A stretch of 62,686 nt of DNA, filler included, from Myxococcota bacterium (GCA_023150835.1; 7 parts of 7 records of this genome joined end to end with filler, not necessarily neighbours in it); one strand, 5' to 3'; counted from the first letter of the whole stretch, positions 37,518 to 47,975 are shown. Notes: generated by a model from the letters alone, not told the origin. Numbers and translations are program-made.

Positions 37518-39773
37518 ATGGAAACGCTTGACTTTCTCTCTTTTACGCGATCCGTACAACAACGCTTTGAAGAGGCCCGCAGCATCCTTTCCTTTGGCGA
37601 GTATCTCACCGAAGTCGCCAAAGATCCCGCCCGACATAGCCGAAACTCCGCACAATACATCCAAGACGCCTTTCGCTTTTTTGGCACACGCACCGTCGAA
37701 ACCCCCTACGGCAAAGAAACACGCTTTTGCATCTTTGACCAAGGCATCGGCGACAACGGACCTCTCGCTCCCAAAGTCTCGTGGGTCGCAGGTCAAGAAC
37801 AAGTTCAACAGACCTTCTTTCGGATGCTTGGAAACCTTGTTCGCCAAGGCCGAAATACCCGACTGCTGCTGTTTCACGGACCCAATGGCTCCGGCAAATC
37901 CTCGATCGTTCAAAGCATCCTTGATGGCCTCGAACGCTACAGCCATACCCACGAAGGCGTCCTCTACCGCTTCAACTGGATCTTCCCTTCCGAACGCAAA
38001 GTCAAACGCAGCGGTATCGGCTTTTCGAGCGAAGACAAGCCCGCCCTCGATCTCTCTTCTTACGCTCATCTCGAAAGCGAACAGATCGACGCCCGCCTCG
38101 CTTCTCCTATGAAAGATCACCCTCTCCTGCTGCTACCTCGCCCCGAACGCTTGCGCTTCCTTGACCAACTCAAACAACAGGGCCTCTTCCCCAAAGACTT
38201 TCAACTCTCCGAATACCTCCGCGAAGGCGACCTCAGCGCCCGCAACCGCATGATCTTTGATGTCCTACTCGCCCACTACGCCGGCGATTTTGAAGAAGTC
38301 TTGCGCCACATCCAGATCGAACGCTTCTACATCTCCCTACGCTACCGACACGCCGTCGTCCAAGTTGAACCCCAAATGCACGTCGACGCCGCCATCCGCC
38401 AAGTCACCGCTGACCACTCCCTCGGCGCACTTCCCAAGGCCCTCTCCACCCTCAACCTCTTTGAACCCCTCGGCGCTCTTGTCGACGCCAATCGCGGTGT
38501 CATCGAATACACCGACCTGCTCAAACGCCCCGTCGAAGCCTTCAAATACCTCCTCGGCACCTGCGAAACGGGCCGCGCCACCGTCGACCGCGTGATCCTC
38601 TACCTCGACCTGCTCATGATCGGCACCGCCAACGAACAAAACCTCGACCGCTTCAAAGAGATCGCCGAGTTCACTTCCTTCAAAAGCCGCATCGAGCTGT
38701 TGCCCGTCCCCTACCTACTCCGCTACTCCATCGAACAAGCCATCTATGACCAACAACTCCAAGAAAGCAATCTCCCCAAACACATCACCCCACACACCAC
38801 CGAACTCGCCTCTCTCTGGGCCGTCATGACTCGCCTTCGACGCCCCAACCCCAAACGCCTCCCCGACGAAGTCGGCGAACTCGCCGCCTCCCTCACGCCT
38901 CTCGAAAAAGCCCGTCTCTACGACCACGCCGCCATCCCCCAACGCTTCCACTCCAAACAATCCAAACTCCTTCGCCAACACATCGACGCTTTGCTCCAAG
39001 AAACCCGAAACGATCTCCATTACGAAGGCCGCATCGGCGCATCCCCCCGCGAGATCCGCATCCTCCTGCTCAACGCCGCACAAAATGACGCCTACCCCTC
39101 ACTCTCTCCCCTCGCTCTCTTCGACGAAATGGAACACCTGATCCAAGAACGCTCCGTCTACGAATTCCTTCAACTCGAAGCCAAAGACGGATACTACGAC
39201 CCCGAAGCCTTTATCAAAATCCTGCGCGATGTCCACCTCGATATCATCGACGACGAATTCCGCCGCGCTTCGGGACTTGTCCAACCCGACCAATTCAAAC
39301 GCCAGATCGAACGCTACATCGACCACGTCAAAGCCTATCTTCGCAAAGAAAAGATCAACAACCCCCTCACCCAAAAACCCGAAGACCCCGACCAAAAGTT
39401 CATGCGCGAAGTCGAAACCGTCCTCATGTCCAAAGACGAAAAACACGACGACTTCCGAAACGCCATCATCTCCAAGATCGCCGCCTCTTCTCTCGACAAT
39501 CCCGGACAAAAAGTCGACCTCGCTCGTCTCTTTGCCGACGCCATCCGCACCCTCGAACGCGACTTCTTCACCCAACACAAAAAACGCCTCGAACGCATCG
39601 CACGCCACATCCTCGTTCTTCTCGTCGACACCAAACACAACCTCTCCGACAGCGAAGCCCAAGACGCCCAAGACGCCATCGACACCCTCACCCGCGACTT
39701 CGGCTACACCCGCCCATGTGTCCGCGAGATGATCGGTCTGCTGGCCCGAAAACGCTACGCTGAAACCAAATAG
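37518..39773 (+). CDS. prkA: PrkA/YeaG-family AAA serine protein kinase
   Basis: Walker A HGPNGSGKS, DHPLLLLP, ANRGVIEYTDLLKRP, PYLLRYS.E, GASPRE. Confidence 0.88.
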   Translation: METLDFLSFTRSVQQRFEEARSILSFGEYLTEVAKDPARHSRNSAQYIQDAFRFFGTRTVETPYGKETRFCIFDQGIGDNGPLAPKVSWVAGQEQVQQTFFRMLGNLVRQGRNTRLLLFHGPNGSGKSSIVQSILDGLERYSHTHEGVLYRFNWIFPSERKVKRSGIGFSSEDKPALDLSSYAHLESEQIDARLASPMKDHPLLLLPRPERLRFLDQLKQQGLFPKDFQLSEYLREGDLSARNRMIFDVLLAHYAGDFEEVLRHIQIERFYISLRYRHAVVQVEPQMHVDAAIRQVTADHSLGALPKALSTLNLFEPLGALVDANRGVIEYTDLLKRPVEAFKYLLGTCETGRATVDRVILYLDLLMIGTANEQNLDRFKEIAEFTSFKSRIELLPVPYLLRYSIEQAIYDQQLQESNLPKHITPHTTELASLWAVMTRLRRPNPKRLPDEVGELAASLTPLEKARLYDHAAIPQRFHSKQSKLLRQHIDALLQETRNDLHYEGRIGASPREIRILLLNAAQNDAYPSLSPLALFDEMEHLIQERSVYEFLQLEAKDGYYDPEAFIKILRDVHLDIIDDEFRRASGLVQPDQFKRQIERYIDHVKAYLRKEKINNPLTQKPEDPDQKFMREVETVLMSKDEKHDDFRNAIISKIAASSLDNPGQKVDLARLFADAIRTLERDFFTQHKKRLERIARHILVLLVDTKHNLSDSEAQDAQDAIDTLTRDFGYTRPCVREMIGLLARKRYAETK

Positions 39774-39798
39774 AGCCACACCACGAGCGGATCTCGCT

Positions 39799-40905
39799 TC
39801 ATCTCGACCCTTGATGGCGATAATTCAGCGCCGTAATCGCTGCAAGCGTCGGATGGATCGCATCATAAGCATCCCCCCGCCAATCCGCTGCTTTCCCCCA
39901 TGCCCCCCACGACCTTTGCTGTGACAACAAAAACTGCTGTGCCTCCCACACCTTCGGCTCTTGCTCTAACCCATAACACTTGAACGAGTACACAAACTCC
40001 GCCAACAAGTCGATGTCATCGACACGATAACGCACCGTCGCAAACTCTTTCTTCAAATACCCAAGCATCCGCCGCAACAACGGGGTCTTCGGCAAAGGGC
40101 TTTCGCTGTAGTGGTTCAGCGACAAGATCACGTGTGTGACGAAGTAGTTTTGGTGGTGATAGCCGTCTGGATCGGACGAATAAGTATGGATCAACGGCAG
40201 CCGCTCGATCTCCCGAACATACGCCGCCAACCGATTCGGCGGAAGTCGAAACGGTGTGCGTGGGCGACGCCGCAACAACAGATCCAAGAAAGAAGAGTCG
40301 ATCAGAAAATCCCCCAAACGATCATAATCCCGATCTTGAAACGCCCGCGCAAACGTCTTCCCTCGGGTCTTTTCGCCCTCTGGAAAATAGCTGTGATAAA
40401 ACCGCACGTACGGATCGATCGGGATATCGTGTTGATAGAGCAAATGGATCACACTGATAAAATCCCATTTCCCCGCAACACTCTTCGCAAAGATCTTTTC
40501 CCGTGCAGGCCACGCCCGCACAAACGAACGCCGCAAGATATCCCGTACCACCCCCACCCAAGGCCGCTGCTTCTCAAACAGCGTCAGCTCATGCAACGCC
40601 AATACATAATCACTAAACACCGAGCGAAATTGCTTTTCCTCCTCCAAATACCGCACCATCCAATGCAGCCCCGCCAAGATCGCCCGCTCCCTCGCGTCCT
40701 GTGTACCCACAAAATACCCCCGCAACGCATCCAACTCCCGCTGCACAAAATACGATTGAAACGGTGGGATCTCTAACCTCTGTCCCCCCCGCTCGACGGC
40801 TTTCTCCGTCCAACCAAGCCACACCATCCCACCCAAAAACGTCAGCCACGCCCATCCCACCATATACAAAACATTCCCCCGCATCCACACACTCCTTCCG
40901 CCCAC
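39799..40905 (-). CDS. Membrane-anchored hypothetical protein with alpha/alpha-toroid-like motifs
   Basis: N-terminal TM; YFVTHVI, DLLAEF, QW-like FLLSQQRSWGAW, HPT.AA..AL. Confidence 0.7.
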   Translation of the reverse strand: MGGRSVWMRGNVLYMVGWAWLTFLGGMVWLGWTEKAVERGGQRLEIPPFQSYFVQRELDALRGYFVGTQDARERAILAGLHWMVRYLEEEKQFRSVFSDYVLALHELTLFEKQRPWVGVVRDILRRSFVRAWPAREKIFAKSVAGKWDFISVIHLLYQHDIPIDPYVRFYHSYFPEGEKTRGKTFARAFQDRDYDRLGDFLIDSSFLDLLLRRRPRTPFRLPPNRLAAYVREIERLPLIHTYSSDPDGYHHQNYFVTHVILSLNHYSESPLPKTPLLRRMLGYLKKEFATVRYRVDDIDLLAEFVYSFKCYGLEQEPKVWEAQQFLLSQQRSWGAWGKAADWRGDAYDAIHPTLAAITALNYRHQGSR

Positions 40906-40926
40906 GCACCGCTCCTCTCGCCCGCT

Positions 40927-41757
40927 TCAGGGGCGATGCAAACAAAGCGAAGAACTCGGTTCAACGGGCAATTGCACCCACTGACAACGCGGTTCTTGGA
41001 CACACGCTTTTGCATCAAGTTTTACACAATCCACATCGCGCACACACACCTCTGGAAGCTCCCGATTGATCGCCTTGCACGCAACCAGATCATCCGTACA
41101 AGTCGCCCCTTCCGCACAACAGCGAAAACGCACTCGGCAAAACTCGGCACATCCTTGGATCCCTTCGCACAACGCCGACGGTAACTGACAAAGCGGGGGC
41201 GGCCCACCACCACAAATGCACGTCACATCTGGCGGACAATAACAAAAACCGGGATCGAAAAAACATTGACTTGCTTCTGCACAGGCCGCCGCATCGAGCT
41301 TTTCACACTCGTTTTGTGTGGCCCGACACACATATCGATCCTGTTGCCCACCATACACCAAGATGCACTGTGGTCGCGCTTTCCAACAATCCAACTCACT
41401 CAACCGACCGCAATCGATCTGCCCCACGCAACGCCGCCCGTCATCCGCCGCCAGACACTTCTGACCTGTTGCGCAATCCTTGTCGCTTTGACACAGATCC
41501 TTCGGGCAGATCAGCCCGGGTTCTTCTTTGCATGTTTTGGTCGGCGGCTTGGGATCGGGTTCCACAGGTTCAGGCGACGGGATCGGCTGTTTTGGCGGTG
41601 GTGTCGTCGCCTTGCAAGTCCCTTGTGCCTGACATCCCTGATCCGAAGGCAGCGTCACCGAGATCTCACAACCACTCCATCCCATCGCCCCCAACAAACA
41701 TCCCACCCACACTCCAATCAACCCGTGTCTCCGACCCTGCTGCTTTTTGCTACCCAT
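40927..41757 (-). CDS. Cys-rich lipoprotein, hypothetical
   Basis: AAGGAG RBS before ATG 41757; lipobox WSGC; many Cys; CYCPPDVTCICGGGPP motif. Confidence 0.75.
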   Translation of the reverse strand: MGSKKQQGRRHGLIGVWVGCLLGAMGWSGCEISVTLPSDQGCQAQGTCKATTPPPKQPIPSPEPVEPDPKPPTKTCKEEPGLICPKDLCQSDKDCATGQKCLAADDGRRCVGQIDCGRLSELDCWKARPQCILVYGGQQDRYVCRATQNECEKLDAAACAEASQCFFDPGFCYCPPDVTCICGGGPPPLCQLPSALCEGIQGCAEFCRVRFRCCAEGATCTDDLVACKAINRELPEVCVRDVDCVKLDAKACVQEPRCQWVQLPVEPSSSLCLHRP

Positions 41758-42064
41758 CGCGGTTCTCCTTTGCCTCTTGGTGCTTTGTGCCTTCCGAAGA
41801 CCGAAGCCGTCTATCAAAAACAATACCACACCTCCCTCGCCAAAAGAGCCGCCGCGCATCTCCCCGCCCCACCAACGAGAACGAAGCCGCTTTTGATGTT
41901 CCTTCTGTCGCCCACGCACCCTCACTCCCTCAAAAATCTGAGCCTCCCCTCGGTTTTCAGGCGCCGCTTTCCTTGCTTTGGCTTTCACAACACGTTTGTA
42001 CGTAAAAAGGCAAACAAAAGGCAAACAAGCGGATGTTACTTGCTCGAACCACTGCTCATACAAG

Positions 42065-42216
42065 CTTCTGTTGTTGTGTGAGCATATCCGTTCGCTTCTC
42101 TATGTCCCGATACACGGGCGGTTCGCCAACCGCCCCTACGCAAACTTCTGTTGTTGTGTGTGCGTGTCCGTCCGCTGCTTTATGTCCCGATACACGGGCG
42201 GTTCGCCAACCGCCCG
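42065..42216. repeat. 80-bp tandem duplication containing REP GGGCGGTTCGCCAACCGCCC
   Basis: CTTCTGTTGTTGTGTG...TATGTCCCGATACACGGGCGGTTCGCCAACCGCCC occurs twice. Confidence 0.8.
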
Positions 42217-42220
42217 CGCC

Positions 42221-42476
42221 TGAATCCCCCCGTTCACGGGGGGAAGTTGGGGGTGGGTAGAAAAGGAAACGGCGATCATCCTCCACTCTCCGGTATTTCC
42301 GTCTTAACAAGGCGCGTATGGGGCAAAGCCCCATACGCGTTAGGTTAAGCGCTTGTTGGCCCCCCCACCCCAGCCCTCCCCCGTGAACAGGGGAGGGAGC
42401 GAAAGTCGGAAGCAGCGGGGATTTTGTTTTTTCATGACACACGCTGTATGCACGACGCGCAGACGCTGCCCGTTCC
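42221..42476. mobile_element. Two head-to-tail fragments of MITE family B (right part, then left part running into the gap)
   Basis: Matches 40-137 and the reverse of 8047-8185; CCCTCCCCC-N-GGGGAGGG hairpins. Confidence 0.68.
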
Positions 42477-42576
42477 NNNNNNNNNNNNNNNNNNNNNNNN
42501 NNNNNNNNNNNNNNNNNNNNTTAATTAATTAANNNNNNNNNNNNNNNNNNNNNNNNNNNNNNNNNNNNNNNNNNNN
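42477..42576. other. Artificial contig linker
   Basis: N-TTAATTAATTAA-N. Confidence 0.97.
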
Positions 42577-42844
42577 CACAGGGGGCTGACTTCAGCGGTT
42601 GGGCAGCCACAGGGGGCTGACTTCAGCGGTTGGGCAGCCACAGGGGGCTGACTTCAGCGGTTGGGCAGCCACAGGGGGCTGACTTCAGCGGTTGGGCAGC
42701 CACAGAGGGCTGACTTCAGCGGTTGGGCAGCCACAGAGGGCTGACTTCAGCGGTTGGGCAGCCACAGGGGGCTGACTTCAGCGGTTGGGCAGCCACAGGG
42801 GGCTGCCCCTACTTTTTCGCTCACATCACGGGCGGATCTCGTAT
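42577..42844. repeat. 31-bp tandem amplification of a REP-derived unit ending in a family A right terminus
   Basis: At least 7 copies of CACAGRGGGCTGACTTCAGCGGTTGGGCAGC, then GCTGCCCCTAC...CGGATCTCGTAT. Confidence 0.9.
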
Positions 42845-42872
42845 GAACAGAATCAAAGACCACCCGACGTCT

Positions 42873-43460
42873 TTACCCAAACAACCCTTCCTCCAAAACA
42901 TCACGGACCAAAGGCGCGAAAGCATTGAGTTGTCGGTGTCGTGCCAACAAAAGCAGATACAAGCGTTCACGCATCTGTTGTTGGGCGATCTGTAGGCTCT
43001 GGAGTCGTCGTCCTGCCCAAAGCGCGTCGGCGTTTGGCCAATACATCAGCAAGGAGGCGAGGTGATCGAGGATCCGACGCAGGTTTTGTTGTCGCCAAAA
43101 GTGGTCTTCAGGGACGCTGCAAACGTACGCGACGATCCAGCATAACGACCGACGCAGCGGTGTCATCGCTCGTTCGGGTGGCAAATCACCGCAAAGGCCC
43201 AAGGCTTCGCCCCGATGTCGGGCCAGATCAGAAGAGGATAAGCGCCCTTCCAAGACCATACGCGCTGCTTCGAGGGCGCTCCATAAGGGCGGAGGGATCG
43301 GACGGCCTGAGGCGCGTTCTTGTTGCAGCGCCCAGACGGCGCATTCCCACGAGAAATGTTCGGCCACATCTGGGGCGATCTGGTCTGTTTTTTCGGCGAG
43401 ATCTTCGATCAGTAAAGTGGAGACAGGGAGGATATTCCACGTTGTTTCGGGAGAGACCAT
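42873..43460 (-). CDS. Hypothetical helical protein, Imm5-like
   Basis: HF...CA..AL......P...ALEAAR..L.G......L...R pattern resembles Imm5-type immunity proteins; starts 11 bp after the STAND gene. Confidence 0.55.
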   Translation of the reverse strand: MVSPETTWNILPVSTLLIEDLAEKTDQIAPDVAEHFSWECAVWALQQERASGRPIPPPLWSALEAARMVLEGRLSSSDLARHRGEALGLCGDLPPERAMTPLRRSLCWIVAYVCSVPEDHFWRQQNLRRILDHLASLLMYWPNADALWAGRRLQSLQIAQQQMRERLYLLLLARHRQLNAFAPLVRDVLEEGLFG

Positions 43461-43471
43461 GATGGCGTCCT

Positions 43472-46400
43472 TTAGGATTCGGTGGAGCTTGTCGGGTGGA
43501 GCATCTCGCGGATCTTGTCTTCGTGAGGCAAGGCGATGCGTTGTGTGGGATCAAAGGGCGGCAGATCGGGCAACGCAAGGCCGCGTTGCTTGAACACCTC
43601 GGTGCAGTGCTCAAGTGCGACGCGCCAGCAGTAAGGCGGGCCATCGCCCCAAGCCTCCTTGTAACCGCGCAAAAGGTGGCTCTCTGCGCGTTCGTTTTGT
43701 CCGACCGCGTAAAAGATATCCGCTGCATCGAGGTGTAAGGTGACAAAGGATTCACGGATCGAGAGGGCTTCTTCAAGCAACAGCAACGCTTCTTCGATCC
43801 GCTCTTGGCGCAAACGCACTTGGGCCAATCTTCCCAAATAGATCGAGACATTCACACTGCCCGATTTTCGGGCGATACGGATACTCTCTTCAAAGCCGCG
43901 TTCTGCCACATCCCATTGTCCTTGTTCCAAGGCCCACACGGCACGCCAACGATGCACCGCACATTGAATCGACGAACTTCGGCACGCAACGGCTTCTTCC
44001 CATGCGCGGCTGAGATAGCGTTCTTCTTCTGGATCGCGGCCTTGATCGATGTACCACCGCGCACGATACAGATACATCCGCGCCAAGCGATCAGAGGTTT
44101 GGACGTAGGCAGGAGAGGCAAAGAATTCTTCTTCATAACGCAAAAAGTCTTCTGTATGGCCCATCTCGATCGCGAGCGAAGCGAGGTACAACAACGACAG
44201 GATCGTGCTGCGATCGTCTTCTGCAAAACGGCTCACATCCAACGCAAGCCGCAGACATCGCTCTGCGGCTTCGACGTGATCTTCGTCCTCCAAAGACAAC
44301 GCATAGTTGATCAACGATACACCAAGCGCCGCGCCGTTGCCGTGTTCGACATCGATCTCGATCGACATCGCCCGCATCTGCTTGGCTTCTTCGCTTCGCC
44401 CGACCATATTGAGCGCGTTCGAGATATCGACGACTCGCGCTCCTTGGGAGTATGCAGACGAAAGAGCAGGGCGCTTCTCCAATCCACGCGGAAACAGCGG
44501 CGTCAACAACTCGATCATCGCGTAGTATGCGCCCAACTGATTGAACAACACGGGATTGAGCTGATTGCTGTAAAAGGAGGCCGCTTCATCCAAGTTTCCA
44601 GAGCCGATCAGCGCGTGATAGATCTCGATGGTTCGGCGAAGTTCGCTGACCTCTTCGATGCTTTTCATATCTTCGGGAGGCAGGCGTTCAAAGTGATCGC
44701 GGATGTGGGAGAAAGTCTTGTGGCGATCGCGCCCTTCGAGGCGTTCAAACGCATAGCCCCGAACGACGGGGTGGAGATCGTAACGGTTGGCGGGTCGATC
44801 CCATTGCAAGAGACCGCAGCGTTCGAGCAAACACAAGGAGATGTGAAACGCTGCACGTGCAGCGCACACATCTTCTCTCTGGCTATAAGCGCGTTTCTCT
44901 TGTTGAAACGCTTTCCAACGGGCGTATTGTTCGGCGATCTCGGACTCTTCTACGGCGATCTCTTGAAGCAGTGAGAGGCGCTCGTCTTGGTCTTGCGAAG
45001 CGGCGTATTGTTCGCGCAGATCCGCAAGCCAGTACTCAAATGGGCGTCCGGGTTCAGAGGGGGCTTCTGGAACAGGCCGATGCAACGGCAACAACGCATC
45101 AAAACGCACAGGATAACGAAAGGCCGCGATCTGACAAAGCAGTCTTCGCGAAGGTTTGGGCAAGCTGTCGAGCGCCATACGCAACAAAGACACCCGTCGT
45201 TGCGCAGGATCGAGCGAGGCAAATTCCAACGAGTCTTTGTGGACAGCGTACCACAAATCGAAGTCCCCTTTGGCTTGCTTGTCGTGCAAGAGGATTCCCG
45301 CCAAAACGCCCAACAGCAGGCTGTGATTGCCAAACAAGTGCAGAAACTGTTGGATCGCGTTGGCCTCGCCGAGGACGCCGCGTGATCGCACCAACGCCAG
45401 TGCGTCTTGGGGTTCCAAACTGTCCAGATAACGGTAGCGTACACCCGACAACATCTGTGTGCGATCGCCCGTTCGCTGCTCAAGATCATAAGGCTTGAGG
45501 CGCGTGCTGATAAGAAGTTTGCTGCGTGTTTCCAAGCACAAAGCCCGCAAAAGATCCCCGTGTTGCGGGTCTGTAAAAGAGCGTTCTTGGCGCTCTCTTA
45601 GATCTTCGGTGCTGGCCTCCACTTGATCATCCCGTAGATGCGAGGCATCCAAACGGTGGTAAGCCACCATGATGCGTTCGATCCCGTCTAACACAAACAA
45701 GATCCGCTTTTTGCGTAGTGCTTCAAAAAGTCTCTCGACGCGCTCTTCGTGCTTGAGCAGCGGTAGGCTCGCAGCTTCGGCGGTGTCGCTTACATACAGC
45801 AAGGCTTGTCGAAAAAAAGCATCCATCGTGGCGTTGCTTTCATAAAAGCTCCACCACATCGCCCCATCCAACGAGGGGATCGCCTCTGCCGCATGGTGAC
45901 AAAACCAATGCCACGTCAGCGCACTTTTGCCCACGCCTCCGATCCCATCGATCACTAAGGTGCTGTCTTCGGACCCTGCCCAGCGATCGAGCATCGTCAA
46001 CTCGCTTTCTCGACCAAAGAACCGCCGCGTCAAGATGTACGGATGCACGATGTATGGCTGCGGAGGAAGCGGGATGCGCCGTGCATTCGGATGATGCAGC
46101 ACCAAGGCGCTTTCTTCGATGATCTCGATCCCTTCGAGCGGATGGGGTGGCCCGTGTTCAGCTTCGTCCTGTCCCAGCTTTTCGGAGTGAACGAGCAGAT
46201 CCTGTTCAATCAAAGCGTCCAAACGCATCGACAGCGGCGGGGTCTTTGGTTCTTGGCGGGCCAAGACCCAAAGGATCGCTTCAAAGGCCCCACGCAAGGC
46301 TTGTTGTTCGGTCGTGAGACAGACGACGCGATCCGCCCGTCCTTCGGCGTTTTTCTTGGGGGTCTTTTCCCATGCTCCCCAAGGGTCCAACTCTTCCGTC

Positions 46401-46807
46401 AAAGCGGCTTCTTGAAAGGGCAACCCAAAACGTGCCTGAAAGGCTTCTCTGCGTTGGAGTGAGAGACGTGGCGCACACCATGCGGCACACAGCACGCCCA
46501 CAGATGCGGCTCGTGCATGGCGCAACATCCGTTCTATCGGGGACGACCATCCTGTCTGCTCCCACACTTCTAGTTTTCCTGCCAACACCAACAGGCTTGC
46601 ACGTTCCCCCAAAGCCGCTTCTCCACCCAATGCCTCTATCTCTTCGCTCCATCCGTCTTTTTGAGCCTCGAGCTCCTTGGGTATAAAACCGCACCGCCAC
46701 ACCACATCGCTCAGGATTGAAACTTCTGCAACAGACAGATCCTGCCACACCACCCACACTTCGTCGCGAAGCTCTCGCGCAAGACCCAAGATCTCTCGCA
46801 CTCCCAC
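43472..46807 (-). CDS. STAND (NLR-like) P-loop NTPase with TPR C-terminus
   Basis: FFGRE.EL, Walker A GIGGVGKS, Walker B ILFVLDGIE, LLISTR, YDLHPVVR (MHD-like), TPR-like helices; AAGGAG before GTG. Confidence 0.88.
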   Translation of the reverse strand: MGVREILGLARELRDEVWVVWQDLSVAEVSILSDVVWRCGFIPKELEAQKDGWSEEIEALGGEAALGERASLLVLAGKLEVWEQTGWSSPIERMLRHARAASVGVLCAAWCAPRLSLQRREAFQARFGLPFQEAALTEELDPWGAWEKTPKKNAEGRADRVVCLTTEQQALRGAFEAILWVLARQEPKTPPLSMRLDALIEQDLLVHSEKLGQDEAEHGPPHPLEGIEIIEESALVLHHPNARRIPLPPQPYIVHPYILTRRFFGRESELTMLDRWAGSEDSTLVIDGIGGVGKSALTWHWFCHHAAEAIPSLDGAMWWSFYESNATMDAFFRQALLYVSDTAEAASLPLLKHEERVERLFEALRKKRILFVLDGIERIMVAYHRLDASHLRDDQVEASTEDLRERQERSFTDPQHGDLLRALCLETRSKLLISTRLKPYDLEQRTGDRTQMLSGVRYRYLDSLEPQDALALVRSRGVLGEANAIQQFLHLFGNHSLLLGVLAGILLHDKQAKGDFDLWYAVHKDSLEFASLDPAQRRVSLLRMALDSLPKPSRRLLCQIAAFRYPVRFDALLPLHRPVPEAPSEPGRPFEYWLADLREQYAASQDQDERLSLLQEIAVEESEIAEQYARWKAFQQEKRAYSQREDVCAARAAFHISLCLLERCGLLQWDRPANRYDLHPVVRGYAFERLEGRDRHKTFSHIRDHFERLPPEDMKSIEEVSELRRTIEIYHALIGSGNLDEAASFYSNQLNPVLFNQLGAYYAMIELLTPLFPRGLEKRPALSSAYSQGARVVDISNALNMVGRSEEAKQMRAMSIEIDVEHGNGAALGVSLINYALSLEDEDHVEAAERCLRLALDVSRFAEDDRSTILSLLYLASLAIEMGHTEDFLRYEEEFFASPAYVQTSDRLARMYLYRARWYIDQGRDPEEERYLSRAWEEAVACRSSSIQCAVHRWRAVWALEQGQWDVAERGFEESIRIARKSGSVNVSIYLGRLAQVRLRQERIEEALLLLEEALSIRESFVTLHLDAADIFYAVGQNERAESHLLRGYKEAWGDGPPYCWRVALEHCTEVFKQRGLALPDLPPFDPTQRIALPHEDKIREMLHPTSSTES

Positions 46808-47180
46808 AGGCTTACTCCTTTGTTCGCCGCGTCAACACAGCAAAAAACTTCCTGATCCATACCACAAAGATGTCACGCTGTGGCCCAAAAACCCGTGTTC
46901 GCGAATGTTCAAGCGACACGGAGATCGACGAAAAGAACAATGCTCTGTTCGCCAAAACGGGGTCAAGGGGCCACCGGTCCCTTGCGGGGTGTGGGGTGGA
47001 GTCCCACAACAACCATCCCACCGTGGGACGGTTATGCTGAGATCAAAGAATGTCTCGTCGCTGGTGCTGCGTTGTGGCCTTTGAGGGGGTGCCCTCTAGA
47101 CAAGCCGAGGCGATCGTCTCAGATTGCCCACCCTGCCGAGCCGGAGCTTGTTTCTTCCCACCCACTCCAAGGAGATCACC

Positions 47181-47975
47181 GTGACCCAACTCAGCGTGAA
47201 CTTGAACAAGATCGCACTCCTGCGAAACTCTCGACCTCTCGATATCCCGAACGTTTTGCGTGCTGCGCAAACCTGTATCGCCGCAGGCGCTCACGGCATC
47301 ACCGTTCATCCGCGCCCTGATGAGCGGCATATCCGACGTTCGGATGCTTTTGATCTACATCAACTTCTTCAACACCACCCACACATCGAGTTCAATATCG
47401 AAGGAAACCCGTTTGTTCACGCCCAAACGGACGAGCGCGCCCCGTGGTTCGATCTGGTTCGCACCCTTCGCCCTGCCCAATGTACGCTGGTTCCTGATGA
47501 TCCCAACGCCTCGACTTCAGATCACGGTTGGGATCTGCGTACCACCAGCGAACGCCTCAAACCGATCGTCCATCTCCTCCGCGAACAAGGGATGCGCGTC
47601 AGCCTTTTTATGGACCCTGATATCGAGCAGATCGAGCGCGCTGCGGCTCTTGGGGTCGATCGCATCGAGCTTTACACCGAGCCTTACGCGGCTTCGTTTG
47701 GGCAAACCACGATGGGCGCTCAACTCGAAACCTACGCATCTGCGGCCCAACGAGCCCACGATCTCGGCCTCGGTGTCAACGCTGGGCACGATCTCAGCCT
47801 CCAAAACCTCGGCGCTTTTTGTTCGCGTGTCCCCCACATCCTCGAAGTCTCCATCGGCCACGCCCTGATCGCGGACGCCATCGATATGGGCCTTTACGCC
47901 ACCGTCCAAGCCTACCTCAAAGTCCTCCAAGGAAACTCTCGCCCCAAACTCTCTCCCCCGCCGTCGCGTGCCTGA
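47181..47975 (+). CDS. pdxJ: Pyridoxine 5'-phosphate synthase
   Basis: LSVNLNKIALLRN, GITVHPRPDERHI, NIEG, TLVPD, TSDHGW, VNAGHDL, EVSIGH; AAGGAG before GTG 47181. Confidence 0.96.
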   Translation: MTQLSVNLNKIALLRNSRPLDIPNVLRAAQTCIAAGAHGITVHPRPDERHIRRSDAFDLHQLLQHHPHIEFNIEGNPFVHAQTDERAPWFDLVRTLRPAQCTLVPDDPNASTSDHGWDLRTTSERLKPIVHLLREQGMRVSLFMDPDIEQIERAAALGVDRIELYTEPYAASFGQTTMGAQLETYASAAQRAHDLGLGVNAGHDLSLQNLGAFCSRVPHILEVSIGHALIADAIDMGLYATVQAYLKVLQGNSRPKLSPPPSRA

